64,000 nucleotides of DNA, taken from IMG/VR virus record IMGVR_UViG_3300011867_000002, positions 1-64,000 of that record; one strand, given 5' to 3'. Position 1 is the stretch's first letter; each line of letters begins with the position of its first letter. Position numbers and translations under genes: made by a program. The notes beneath the pieces are model-generated. The model had not been told where the DNA came from and searched no databases. It worked only from the letters and a program-made list of their open reading frames with translations. Source of the stretch: an uncultured virus (IMG/VR IMGVR_UViG_3300011867_000002) (Duplodnaviria > Heunggongvirae > Uroviricota > Caudoviricetes). Shown piece after piece: positions 55,093 to 64,000 of the stretch.

Positions 55093-56441
55093 TGATCCGG
55101 CAAGGAACGTTCCACAAAGAACACCAAGACCGAGTGGCTGATGAAACGGGTACTGACATACCCGACACCGGCCATTTGGTCGTAGTGGTGTACTTTCACC
55201 AAGGAGCCATACAACTCCTTGATTTCTTCGCCATCTAAGTACATGATTTTGGCCACCATCCCCGGCTCAATCAGCGATTGATCCGAGTGCTCCCAGCGCA
55301 TCGAAAAGTACGCACCATTCCTTTCTGCCAGTTTGGAAAACTCGGCGTACGGGTTGGCGGTAATCATCTTCTCGCTAAAGCGGATGTTGTTCATCCCGTT
55401 GGGGCGTTCAAGCGACATGTATTCGCTGGTGTTACGAGCACGCGAGACAACTGACTTGTTGTTCTCGGTCTTGACGTAATTCTCCATAAACTGGTTGGCG
55501 TCAGCATAGCGGGCACCGTTGCCAGCATTTAGTTGGAGCGCGGTCGAACGGTCTTCCAACTTGACTTCGCTTGTGGCCAAGATCGTCAAGTGCGACCCGA
55601 CTTGTTTGAACGTACGCTCGGTCCCGGTAAACCGGTTCCTAGGCACATTGATAATCGTCAAGGTCTTTTGCGTGTCAGTGAAGCGTTCCACGTTGTAGCG
55701 TGGATACAGGTACCAATGCCGCTGGTGGTAGAAGTACCCCAGTCCCGCGTTGTAGATACCAAAGTGCTCTTGCATGAATGCAGGAAACTGCACCAAACGT
55801 AAGCCGTGCGGGATCACCATTTGGCCATACTTGGTCTGGTTCGATGCCTTGACCATTGACACGCCCTGTGGGAGTTGGTTCGCATCGACGTCAATGTCTT
55901 TCGAGAACGACGTCAATATGGCTTTCAGTGCTTTCTCAACAGTAGCGTCACGGACCGTGATCCCGAAGGTTTTCAAACGCAACTGTTCGAGGGTTTTGTT
56001 GATCAGCTGGAATTCGACTGTGACCATCTTGGTCAAGTTCAAGGCTGTCTCAGTAGGAGTGTTGCTGCTGTTGGCTTCTAACTTAACATCGCCCAAATCC
56101 ACCATGATCGCTGTATAACGGGTAGCCTGGACATTTTGTTCGTTGTCGTCAGCATTGCCCACTTCACCGATCGGGTAACGGGTAAGGGTGATGTCGAGTT
56201 GGTCTTGGTTCGGATAGAGACGGTGTGCGTACGTGCCCAAGCCCACCTCAACCGTCAACATCATTTCTTCGGCGTACTTGTGGTCAAACTCCATGAGGTT
56301 GTCCCGTGAGACCACCTTCAAGACGTCGATGTCGTCGTTACCGATATGAATTGTGGCACGCCACGTATAGTGCACTTGCTTTGCGCCACTGCCGATGACT
56401 TCTGCTACATCTTGGTACAGGGAGGAGTTTTCAATTTCCAT
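55086..56441 (-). CDS. phiKZ-like virion structural protein (possible baseplate hub)
   Basis: 451 aa; IPHG...GIYNAGLGYFY...WYLYP; position downstream of the internal head genes as in phiKZ-like phages. Confidence 0.65.
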   Translation of the reverse strand: MEIENSSLYQDVAEVIGSGAKQVHYTWRATIHIGNDDIDVLKVVSRDNLMEFDHKYAEEMMLTVEVGLGTYAHRLYPNQDQLDITLTRYPIGEVGNADDNEQNVQATRYTAIMVDLGDVKLEANSSNTPTETALNLTKMVTVEFQLINKTLEQLRLKTFGITVRDATVEKALKAILTSFSKDIDVDANQLPQGVSMVKASNQTKYGQMVIPHGLRLVQFPAFMQEHFGIYNAGLGYFYHQRHWYLYPRYNVERFTDTQKTLTIINVPRNRFTGTERTFKQVGSHLTILATSEVKLEDRSTALQLNAGNGARYADANQFMENYVKTENNKSVVSRARNTSEYMSLERPNGMNNIRFSEKMITANPYAEFSKLAERNGAYFSMRWEHSDQSLIEPGMVAKIMYLDGEEIKELYGSLVKVHHYDQMAGVGYVSTRFISHSVLVFFVERSLPDQA

Positions 56442-57053
56442 TTAGCCTCCACGGCGTTGACTGCGACTCAAGCCCACGAAATAATCGCGCAGGCTGTTGC
56501 GTGGTGCGTAGCCATCGTCCTCTTCCTCGTCGCCATTGGCGTTCTTGACCATCTGCGCGACTTTGTTTTCTTCGCCCAAGATATTGTCCGGCGTAAAGCC
56601 CACCAGCGCGTCCATACGGCGTGCAATCAAGTCGTGTGCCACTTCTTTCGTGAACTGGTGCTTGGCGTGCTCATAGACCGTGGAGGCGAATTCATCCAAG
56701 GTCACCAAGTCGTCCAGCGGAATGTCTTGCAAGTTGAACGAACACGCGATCTCGCGCCGGAAGGCATCGATGTGGTTGCTGATGTATTCGTAAATCTTGG
56801 CAGTGTCGGCACGTTCGACTACTCCGACGGTAATGCCTTGTTCGAAGTACTCGACCATCTGGTTAATCGACAACCAGAACCGGGTTGGGGTGTTCATCAT
56901 GGCCCGGTCAGTTGCGGCATCCCCGGATGTGTAAATACCTTGGGACTTCAGACGATCAACCGAGAAGGTGTCGCCATAGCGTACCGTACAGAGGAATTTC
57001 TTTTCCCACAGATACCAGCGGGTATCGCGTTGGTCTTCTGGAATCCAGGCCAT
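56442..57053 (-). CDS. phiKZ-like conserved hypothetical protein
   Basis: IYEYISNHI...PLDDLVTLDEFASTVY; synteny. Confidence 0.65.
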   Translation of the reverse strand: MAWIPEDQRDTRWYLWEKKFLCTVRYGDTFSVDRLKSQGIYTSGDAATDRAMMNTPTRFWLSINQMVEYFEQGITVGVVERADTAKIYEYISNHIDAFRREIACSFNLQDIPLDDLVTLDEFASTVYEHAKHQFTKEVAHDLIARRMDALVGFTPDNILGEENKVAQMVKNANGDEEEDDGYAPRNSLRDYFVGLSRSQRRGG

Positions 57054-58417
57054 TAGAATTTCTCCACAATGCTACGGATCAAGAGCATCAGCACCGGACC
57101 ATAGTAAAACTGGTCGAGTGGCGCCCAGCGCGGGTAGTCTTGCGCCAAGTGCAAGAAGGCTGCCGGATCGATGGGTTTACGTTCCAGATAATCGTGCACG
57201 AAGTTTTCCAGACGCGACTGACCAACCCGGTCGTCGTAGAAGCGTTCGGTGAACACATAGAAGTCGGTGAGGGCCGCTTTCGGAATGTCCGTTTGCAGGG
57301 CGTAACCTTCGACTTCATCCAGACCGGAGAGGACTTGTACCGGGATCAAAGGACCGCCGTCGCCATCGTAATCAGGACGATAGATCGGATCAGCGGGCGT
57401 TTTGCGTTGCGTGAGCTTGCCGGCCAAGACCGAACGCTCCGGATCAATCGGGTAGACCACATAGTTCACGCCACTTTGGCAGATCGACTCAAAGAACGCT
57501 ACCCGTGGGAAAGCGCGGGCTGGCACTGTGGTGGCACGGGTGAACATGCGTTCCAGCTGCATCGTGCTGCGTTCCAAGAGCACGTCCCAGACGCTGACCG
57601 CCTTTAAGGCATTGTCGCCGTCGCAGTTGAGTTGGCGCGTCTTGAGCACCAAGGCCGAGTCACGGGTGCTGACAATTTTCAAGACCGCATTTAAGAGGAG
57701 TGGATCGTACGTACTCCTCGGCTGGTCAGGCACCATCAGTGTGGTGTACTCGTTGTCCCAGAAGGTCTGGAAGTACATCGGCACGAGTTCACTGTAGAGG
57801 CGGCGCAGTTTCGTGTGCGCTTCGTATTCGGCCACGGCCAAGAACGGGTACTTCTCGTGCATGAGGTTGTCACGCACAAAGACTTCGGTCTTGACGACTT
57901 TCTTATCGAGGTCGGCAATCCGGTCCGGTGTTGCATACGCCACCCATTGGTAGTTCACCTCGTGAACGGTATCCTTCATGACCGATTCGCGCTTGGTCTC
58001 GGTCAACTGGAAGACACCTAACTGGCCGTCACCAATGTCAGCCAAGAACATGTCACCGGCATTCGGAATCAAGCACGGGAACATGAGCGAGGTACCGGTC
58101 AAGATCATCGTATTCGATTCGGTATCTTGCGAACCCGACAGTGGTGTGGTGACGCGCAGTTCAAAGCCTTTGATCAGGCGATACTGTTGGTTGATGCCGA
58201 GGCGGGTCAATTGCTGACCCGCGATGGCATTGTCTTTATCGACAACTTGGCTGTAGTAATCCACAATCCAAGGCGTACCGTCGATCTGCGTCAGCAACGC
58301 GTGCATCGGTACATAACGCGAATCGACAATGATGTTCTTGTTTTCAGGTGCCAAGGCACGCACCGGACTGTCGACCGCCGGTGGCGGGGCAGTTGGCTTG
58401 GGGTTAAAGACTGGCAT
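57053..58417 (-). CDS. phiKZ-like virion structural protein
   Basis: GTPWIVDYYSQ, PNAGDMFLADIGDG, YDPL, FYYGP; synteny. Confidence 0.7.
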   Translation of the reverse strand: MPVFNPKPTAPPPAVDSPVRALAPENKNIIVDSRYVPMHALLTQIDGTPWIVDYYSQVVDKDNAIAGQQLTRLGINQQYRLIKGFELRVTTPLSGSQDTESNTMILTGTSLMFPCLIPNAGDMFLADIGDGQLGVFQLTETKRESVMKDTVHEVNYQWVAYATPDRIADLDKKVVKTEVFVRDNLMHEKYPFLAVAEYEAHTKLRRLYSELVPMYFQTFWDNEYTTLMVPDQPRSTYDPLLLNAVLKIVSTRDSALVLKTRQLNCDGDNALKAVSVWDVLLERSTMQLERMFTRATTVPARAFPRVAFFESICQSGVNYVVYPIDPERSVLAGKLTQRKTPADPIYRPDYDGDGGPLIPVQVLSGLDEVEGYALQTDIPKAALTDFYVFTERFYDDRVGQSRLENFVHDYLERKPIDPAAFLHLAQDYPRWAPLDQFYYGPVLMLLIRSIVEKF

Positions 58418-59957
58418 TTAGAATCTCGCTTTTAACAAAGAGGGTTTGGACCGTGTTGAACTGATGGATGGTACTACTGTCGGTTTGACGGTAGGCCCGT
58501 TCCATGTAGCGTATCGCACGCTCCAAGTCAGCACGGGTAACATAATTCTGTTTGGTGACCTTGGGCAGCAAACCTTGGTCCTCCAGCGATGGACACAAAG
58601 TCTTCAGAATCGCCAACAAGGCACTTCCGTGCCCCCGTGCGCGATCTAACGCGTCCATGTCGACCCGACGCAGGTCTGTGACCATCGAGAGCCGTACGTG
58701 GTAACAGAAGCGTTCTGAAAGCAAACGGGTGCTCTTGACATTGAGGTTGAAGTCCACCTCCAGTACGTCTGGCGGAAGCATGTCCACACTTCGGTACAGC
58801 GACAAATGGAAGATCGACTTGTACGGCTTGACAAGCGATGGCGTTTCTCCCTTGAGGTACGCCACGATATCAGCAGGAAATTCGTAGTCTGGATCGATGG
58901 CAGCCAAATTCATCAAGAAATTTGGGTTCTCTTTGTCGAGCAACACCAGCGCCGTCACCACCCGTTGGGTACTGGGGAGCACGTACTCTGGGATGAATTC
59001 GTCAATCGCTGGGATAGCGTAACCTTGGTACTGTGGGCCGGGTGTGACCCAGCTACCAACTTCGAAGTTGGCCAAGGCTCGTGCTGACGAACTGAAACTC
59101 ACCAAATGGTTATTCGGTGTGTCCATCGGCGCCTTGGGCAAGAACATATCAGGAAGCGGCGATTGATGCACCACCAGTGGGTAGACCAACTGGCAAGCGA
59201 TTGCTTTGGCATACTGGAACTTGTACGTGAACGAAATCGACCAGGCTTCCCCGCCTTCTTCGCGGCTACCCTTTTCTGGTTCACCGGTAAAGTCAAACAT
59301 CGCAGGAATACGCACTTGCGTTTCGGATACCGACAGGACTTGTTCTTTGCCAGCCAAGTTAGCGAGCACCGACAACCGTTTCGACGAGTTGTCGTTGAAG
59401 TAGGTCGGCCAGTCTTGGCCATAGCCATGGTTGGCTTCCCGCAAGCGATGGATTTCCTGCAACACGATCAGCATGGCTTCGGGAATGGCGAAGTTGTACG
59501 ACACTTCCATGAGGTGCGGGTTTTGCAGCATGGACATGCGCATGTAAATCCCATCGCGCCAACGCTTGGCAGCGGTCTCATCAGTCGCCTTGTACTTGAA
59601 CGTCATCGTCATGGTCGCCATGGCATACACAGGACGCAGCACTGTGTCGAGATCGTTGTCCAAGAAGATCAGGCGGTTCTCGGGTTGGTGCACAGCCACG
59701 CTATGCAAATCTTCTTCTTGGAGTACTTCGTCGATCTCCAAGGTAACTCGCTGATCGAACGGTAACGTATTCGGCAGAGCATTACCAGTTAAGGTCGACC
59801 CCGGTTGCGCAATCTTGCCACTATCGCGGGGGAAGTAGATTTGAGTATGGTCTTTAGAAATCCCCGTCATGTCCATCAACTGGCGGGCAACTTCGATCAC
59901 GATCGGACGCACGATGGTGCTCTCGGTCTCCGGGATCATCAATTTAAGTTTGGGCAT
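58404..59957 (-). CDS. phiKZ-like virion structural protein
   Basis: IVRP, IFLD...RPVY, YPLVVHQ, YHVRLS; synteny. Confidence 0.7.
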   Translation of the reverse strand: MPKLKLMIPETESTIVRPIVIEVARQLMDMTGISKDHTQIYFPRDSGKIAQPGSTLTGNALPNTLPFDQRVTLEIDEVLQEEDLHSVAVHQPENRLIFLDNDLDTVLRPVYAMATMTMTFKYKATDETAAKRWRDGIYMRMSMLQNPHLMEVSYNFAIPEAMLIVLQEIHRLREANHGYGQDWPTYFNDNSSKRLSVLANLAGKEQVLSVSETQVRIPAMFDFTGEPEKGSREEGGEAWSISFTYKFQYAKAIACQLVYPLVVHQSPLPDMFLPKAPMDTPNNHLVSFSSSARALANFEVGSWVTPGPQYQGYAIPAIDEFIPEYVLPSTQRVVTALVLLDKENPNFLMNLAAIDPDYEFPADIVAYLKGETPSLVKPYKSIFHLSLYRSVDMLPPDVLEVDFNLNVKSTRLLSERFCYHVRLSMVTDLRRVDMDALDRARGHGSALLAILKTLCPSLEDQGLLPKVTKQNYVTRADLERAIRYMERAYRQTDSSTIHQFNTVQTLFVKSEILNASL

Positions 59958-60038
59958 GGGGTGCTTTCTTGGTTGTTCTTTCAAGTGGGTACATAAAATT
60001 GCGTGTTCTTCTGGTCTTCCTACCCAAACTTAAATTGG

Positions 60039-60075
60039 CGGCATAAAAAACCCCCGGCCGAAGCCGGAGGTTTTT
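60039..60075 (-). terminator. Intrinsic terminator with TTTATGCCG tail
   Basis: CCGGC-CGAA-GCCGG hairpin plus A-run. Confidence 0.75.
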
Positions 60076-60097
60076 CGTGGACTACGCAACCGGCCGA

Positions 60098-61471
60098 TTA
60101 GGCGGTCTTGTAGTTCGACAGCGACTTCTGCACGACGTTCATGACCGAGCGAATCGACGCCAGCGAGTGCGAGACCATCGGCAGGGCCGGGTCTTTCACC
60201 CAGCGCGCGTACGCCTGGTTGAAGTTCAGCAGGGCGCGGTAGTAAGGGATGGCAGCCGTTTCCGACTTGTCGTCCTTGCCGTTCAGCTTGTTCATCGCGG
60301 CGGTCGCTTTGTCCGACGCGGTGTCCAGCTTGCCCTTCAGCTTCTTCATGTCGTCGGCTTTCTTGCCCTTCTGGAACTTCTCCAGGATGTCGACCATTTC
60401 GAGGGCGTCCTCGATCAGGTGCATCATCTCGCCGTTCGACGCGGTGGCCATGTCGAAGTTGTTCGGCACGTCCTTCGGTTTTTCCGAAGTCTGCACCACT
60501 TCGCACGCGAAGCCGCGCATCTGTTCCAGCTTGCCCAGGGTCGAGCCCGAGCCGGCCTTGTGCTCGATGAAGTTCGGACGCTTCATGACGATGCTGATGT
60601 TGCCCAGCAGCGGGTCGGACATTTTGGCATCGGTGGTGTCGCCGAAACGGTTGCCCGAGACGCTGTTGGTGCACAGGCCGGCTGGCTTGGCCTTGGCCAT
60701 TTCAGCTTGGACCTTTTCGACGAACTTGGCGGCCGAGGCTTCGGCAGCGTCCGGTTCGAAGTCGTTGATGCCGTCCAGGACCGCTTCGCCGACCTTCAGG
60801 GTGACGTCGGCTTCGTCGGTGAAGACCTTCTTGTCGACGTTCAGCAGGTTCAGGAAGTTCTTGCGCAGCTCGGCCGCGTTCGAAGGGGTCTTGTAGTTGG
60901 CCGACAGCGAGGCAACGCCGGTGCTGACCGTGATCTTCTTCTCGTCGATCGTGCGGCTGCCGTTTTCCTGGACACGCTTCTTCAGGTCTTCCAGGCGACG
61001 ACGCAGGGTCGGCAGGGTGCCGAAGATTTTGTACAGGAACGAGGTGATCTTGTCCCAGACTTGTTTCAGGACGCGCTTGATGGCTTCCCAGATCGAGCGG
61101 GCGCGCTCGCGGATCGATTCGGCTGCGTAACGACGCTTGCCGCTGTGCGATTCCATGGCCGGCACGATTTCGGCGCCGTCGACGTCGGTACCGGCAACAG
61201 CAGCGCTGGCGACGGTTTCGATCAGGGCAGCTTCGTTGTCGGTCGGCACGCCGTCGCCCGATTCGCCTTCGATGGCGTCGGCGGTCACGGCCAGGTCTTC
61301 CAGCGCGTCGGACATGTCAGCCAGGCGATCGGCTTCGACCAGGTCGCTGTTGATTTCGGCGGCTTCGGCGGTGGTTTCGGCGACGATGTTTGCTTCGTCT
61401 TCCAGCGACAGGATCAGGGAAGGGCCCGATTGGTGGAAGCCTTCCATGGATGCATTCAGAATGTGGCGCAT
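60098..61471 (-). CDS. phiKZ-like internal head protein
   Basis: Acidic propeptide with ASME/LSLE/PAME/AAE sites, then IWEAIKRVLKQVWDKI amphipathic helix. Confidence 0.85.
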   Translation of the reverse strand: MRHILNASMEGFHQSGPSLILSLEDEANIVAETTAEAAEINSDLVEADRLADMSDALEDLAVTADAIEGESGDGVPTDNEAALIETVASAAVAGTDVDGAEIVPAMESHSGKRRYAAESIRERARSIWEAIKRVLKQVWDKITSFLYKIFGTLPTLRRRLEDLKKRVQENGSRTIDEKKITVSTGVASLSANYKTPSNAAELRKNFLNLLNVDKKVFTDEADVTLKVGEAVLDGINDFEPDAAEASAAKFVEKVQAEMAKAKPAGLCTNSVSGNRFGDTTDAKMSDPLLGNISIVMKRPNFIEHKAGSGSTLGKLEQMRGFACEVVQTSEKPKDVPNNFDMATASNGEMMHLIEDALEMVDILEKFQKGKKADDMKKLKGKLDTASDKATAAMNKLNGKDDKSETAAIPYYRALLNFNQAYARWVKDPALPMVSHSLASIRSVMNVVQKSLSNYKTA

Positions 61472-61559
61472 GTTGTTGTACCTTGTACGGTTTTGGATGA
61501 GTGGAAACTACTTACGACTGGGGCGGATCAGGGTCCGCCCCGTTGTCGCAACGGCTGGA

Positions 61560-62876
61560 TTACTTGGAGCTGTACTGCTTGAGCGACTGCTCGGCCAGGT
61601 CGAGGGCGTTCTTGACCGTGTTCAGCGCGTAGGTCGACATGGCAGCCGGCGCGCGGTCCAGGTTGTTGACCGCGTTGGTCGCGATCTTCTGCATCGCCGA
61701 ATGGTAGGCCGCTTTAGCCTTGTCTTCTTCGGTGTTGGCGTCCTTGCCGGCGCGCTCAGCAGCGGAAACGATCTTCGACTTCAGGTCGCCGGCCTTGCCC
61801 AGCTTGGCCTTGTACTTGATGACTTCTTGGCACAGTTTGACGCACTCGTCGGCGATCTTGCCGATTTCACCGGTGTCGACGACATTGACGGTGGTCTTGC
61901 TTGGTTCCGTAGCTTTCGGGTCGAAGGCGCCCAGGGCGGTCGAAGTTTTGGCAGCAGCGGTTGCAGCGGCTTCGCCGGTCAGCGCGGTCTTCGGTGCTTC
62001 GATGATCAGGGCCTTGTTGCCCAGCATGACTGGGGTACGGAACAGGGCCAGGCCGTCGGCTGGCTTGCTGAAGCCAGCTGCTTCCGGATTGGTGACTTCC
62101 GGCACGACGCCATTGGCGAACGGCAGCGCGGTGATCTTGGAGACGTCGCCGTCGGTCTTGCCCATTTCTTCCAGCAGCTTCTCGGCGCCTTTGCCGTTGA
62201 AGTCGGCGATCGTGGTAAACACGCCGTCGGCGATCTTGGTGATCTTGGCCAGTTCAGTCGAGACCGATGCCGGCACGTTGCCGTTGATGTGCAGGGCCTT
62301 GACGAGACGCTCGTTTTCGAAGGTCTTCTCTTTCGGTTGGCCGTTCGGCTTTTGTGCCGATGCCAGTGCCTGGGCGCGCTTCAGATAACGCTCAGCGGTA
62401 CCGAAGATTTTGTTGAAGTGGCCCTTGACCCACTCGATGGCCTTCTTGATGTGGGCGATGATGGCAGCCCAGATTTCCTTGATCTTTTCCTTCACGCCTT
62501 CGAGAGCGATCTGGGTGGCGCCTTCGCGCGACGAGTTCTGGCCGAAGTTTTCCAGCGAGACGGTCTTGGTCTGGCCGGCTTGGAAGCCCAGGCGACGGTA
62601 GATGCTTTCCAGGCCGATGTTCATGACAGCGGCGCCCGAACGCGACAGGCCACCTTGCTTGTTGGCTTCTTCGAGTTCAGCGGCGTAGGCTTCGAGCGAC
62701 GAGACGGCTTCGACGGCTTCGTCGACGGCGGCTTCCGAGGTCTCGCCTTCGGCGGTCTCTTCGTTCACTTCCAGCAGGGCGGTTTCTGCCGAGTTGGCAG
62801 CGTCTTCGACGACGCCTTCGCCTTCAGCTGGCAGGGCGGCTTCGTTTTCCAGGGCGATAATGCCGAATTTACGCAT
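61560..62876 (-). CDS. phiKZ-like internal head protein
   Basis: IALE/SSLE/IGLE/VSLE sites, then KIKEIWAAIIAHIKKAIEW. Confidence 0.85.
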   Translation of the reverse strand: MRKFGIIALENEAALPAEGEGVVEDAANSAETALLEVNEETAEGETSEAAVDEAVEAVSSLEAYAAELEEANKQGGLSRSGAAVMNIGLESIYRRLGFQAGQTKTVSLENFGQNSSREGATQIALEGVKEKIKEIWAAIIAHIKKAIEWVKGHFNKIFGTAERYLKRAQALASAQKPNGQPKEKTFENERLVKALHINGNVPASVSTELAKITKIADGVFTTIADFNGKGAEKLLEEMGKTDGDVSKITALPFANGVVPEVTNPEAAGFSKPADGLALFRTPVMLGNKALIIEAPKTALTGEAAATAAAKTSTALGAFDPKATEPSKTTVNVVDTGEIGKIADECVKLCQEVIKYKAKLGKAGDLKSKIVSAAERAGKDANTEEDKAKAAYHSAMQKIATNAVNNLDRAPAAMSTYALNTVKNALDLAEQSLKQYSSK

Positions 62877-62991
62877 GGTGTTGCTCCTATTGCAATAGGT
62901 GATTTGGATGAGATAAAACGAATGTTACTCGCGAGTAAGTCAATGGCCTGTTAGAACCACTATACTATCTAACAATCACGAAGGACGTGAT

Positions 62992-63594
62992 CTACGGGTT
63001 CCCAAACAATAAGTGCAAGGATTGCAGCAAATCCTCGATGCCGTTGGGACGGCTGCACCACTGCTGGATCACTTCGATCACACTCTCGTTGAAACGGGCA
63101 CGGCCTTCATGCGGACGGGCGCCGAAGAACTCTTCAGCGGCTTGTACGTATGCTCGCGGTGGCTCGATGGCCTGGGTGGCAGTCAGCAAGCATTCCCACA
63201 TAGGCATATCCATGCTACGGGGCTTACCTTGTACGTACGCCAGGGTGTCGACGAGGAAGCGATACTGGAGATCACCCATGCCGGGACTCGCCCGTTGTTC
63301 GCTGTACCAGCGGAAGAACGAACCAGTCCCGAAGGCGACAAGGGCAGCTTTCAGGACCTTGTCGCGGAACTCCATCGAGGTCACGCGGCCGCTACGGGTG
63401 ATGTAGGCGCTGTAAAGCGCTTCGATATCGTCGTTGACGCACAGCTCCGAGTCAGTGGGCTGGGTCACAACGATACGGCCTTGGGAGTGGGTCAGCGTGG
63501 CTGTACGCGGCTCCATGCGCTCCATCTTGGTGGCGGGGATGCCGCCGACGAAGCCACGGACGTACAGACGCCAGCCGGGACGGGCTTTAGGCAT
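62992..63594 (-). CDS. phiKZ-like conserved hypothetical protein
   Basis: 200-aa ORF; IQQWCSRPNGIEDL; lies in the head-protein cluster. Confidence 0.65.
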   Translation of the reverse strand: MPKARPGWRLYVRGFVGGIPATKMERMEPRTATLTHSQGRIVVTQPTDSELCVNDDIEALYSAYITRSGRVTSMEFRDKVLKAALVAFGTGSFFRWYSEQRASPGMGDLQYRFLVDTLAYVQGKPRSMDMPMWECLLTATQAIEPPRAYVQAAEEFFGARPHEGRARFNESVIEVIQQWCSRPNGIEDLLQSLHLLFGNP

Positions 63595-64000
63595 CTTCTT
63601 TCTCCATGCGCTTGATCTTGAACGTCTGGTCTTGGATGCGGCGTTCCAGAGCGTCGATCTTCTTTTGCACCGCAGCGTCAGGACGGCCGGCCTTGGTCTG
63701 CTCCATGTTCAGCTTGCGCAGTTGCAGGAGCGCCAGTTCTTCCTTGGCTTCCTTGTAACGGGCATTCTGGTAGTCCGCGACGAACATGCGGATTTGGTAG
63801 ATCGGCGACCAGACGCCGGTCACGAAGCGCATGCCGAGCGGATCGATCTTGTTTTCGCCCATGGTCTTGCTGAGCGAGGATTCGTTGTCGGCCTTGACGA
63901 TGATATCTGGCACATCGTTCAGCGCGCGTTCCACGTGCGCCGGGTTACCGGAGATGGCTTGGAGCGCCATGCAGAAGTTGGTGAAGTTGACTTCGATGTA
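63587..64000 (-). CDS. phiKZ-like head/inner-body protein, C-terminal part (runs off window)
   Basis: DPLGMRF..SPIY..R..RYKEAKEE..LQLRKL coiled coil; frame is open to the window edge. Confidence 0.7.
   Translation of the reverse strand, partial: YIEVNFTNFCMALQAISGNPAHVERALNDVPDIIVKADNESSLSKTMGENKIDPLGMRFVTGVWSPIYQIRMFVADYQNARYKEAKEELALLQLRKLNMEQTKAGRPDAAVQKKIDALERRIQDQTFKIKRMEKEDA

Noticed and set aside
1..64000. CRISPR array, tRNA genes, transposase/integrase, reverse transcriptase or DGR repeats
   Set aside because: No regularly spaced repeats, cloverleafs or relevant protein motifs were seen by eye. A tRNAscan/CRISPR scan would confirm.

Overview
This window is a 64-kb segment of a phiKZ-like jumbo phage (Chimalliviridae-like). 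The evidence is phiKZ-type internal head proteins with (S/A/G)-X-E cleavage sites, the adjacent virion gene block, and an insertion-rich ThyA. Essentially all genes are on the minus strand; the long plus-strand ORFs are antisense shadows. The Dcd core resembles Burkholderiales enzymes, suggesting a betaproteobacterial host (inference). Layout: 1-39 kb is an accessory/early region with many small hypotheticals, two dispersed paralog families, an orphan HigA-like antitoxin, two RNAP alpha-CTD-like proteins, two BCS1-like membrane AAA ATPases, and Dcd, ThyA, DHFR, kinase, Nudix, QueC-like, HAD, NADAR and SLOG enzymes. 40-54.5 kb holds an ExoH-like acyltransferase and large modular receptor-binding/tail-fibre genes. 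55-64 kb holds core virion genes. The most striking element is a ~720-nt intergenic region at 24121-24845 with its own terminator and a candidate promoter. It is packed with nested helices and GNRA loops and has group-I-like core motifs, so it is a candidate large structured ncRNA/ribozyme, flanked by QueC-like, Nudix and HAD genes. A second structured tract lies at 40555-40930. No tRNA or CRISPR array was seen. All family calls come from recognising motifs by eye, not from database searches. Several starts were moved to RBS-supported codons.
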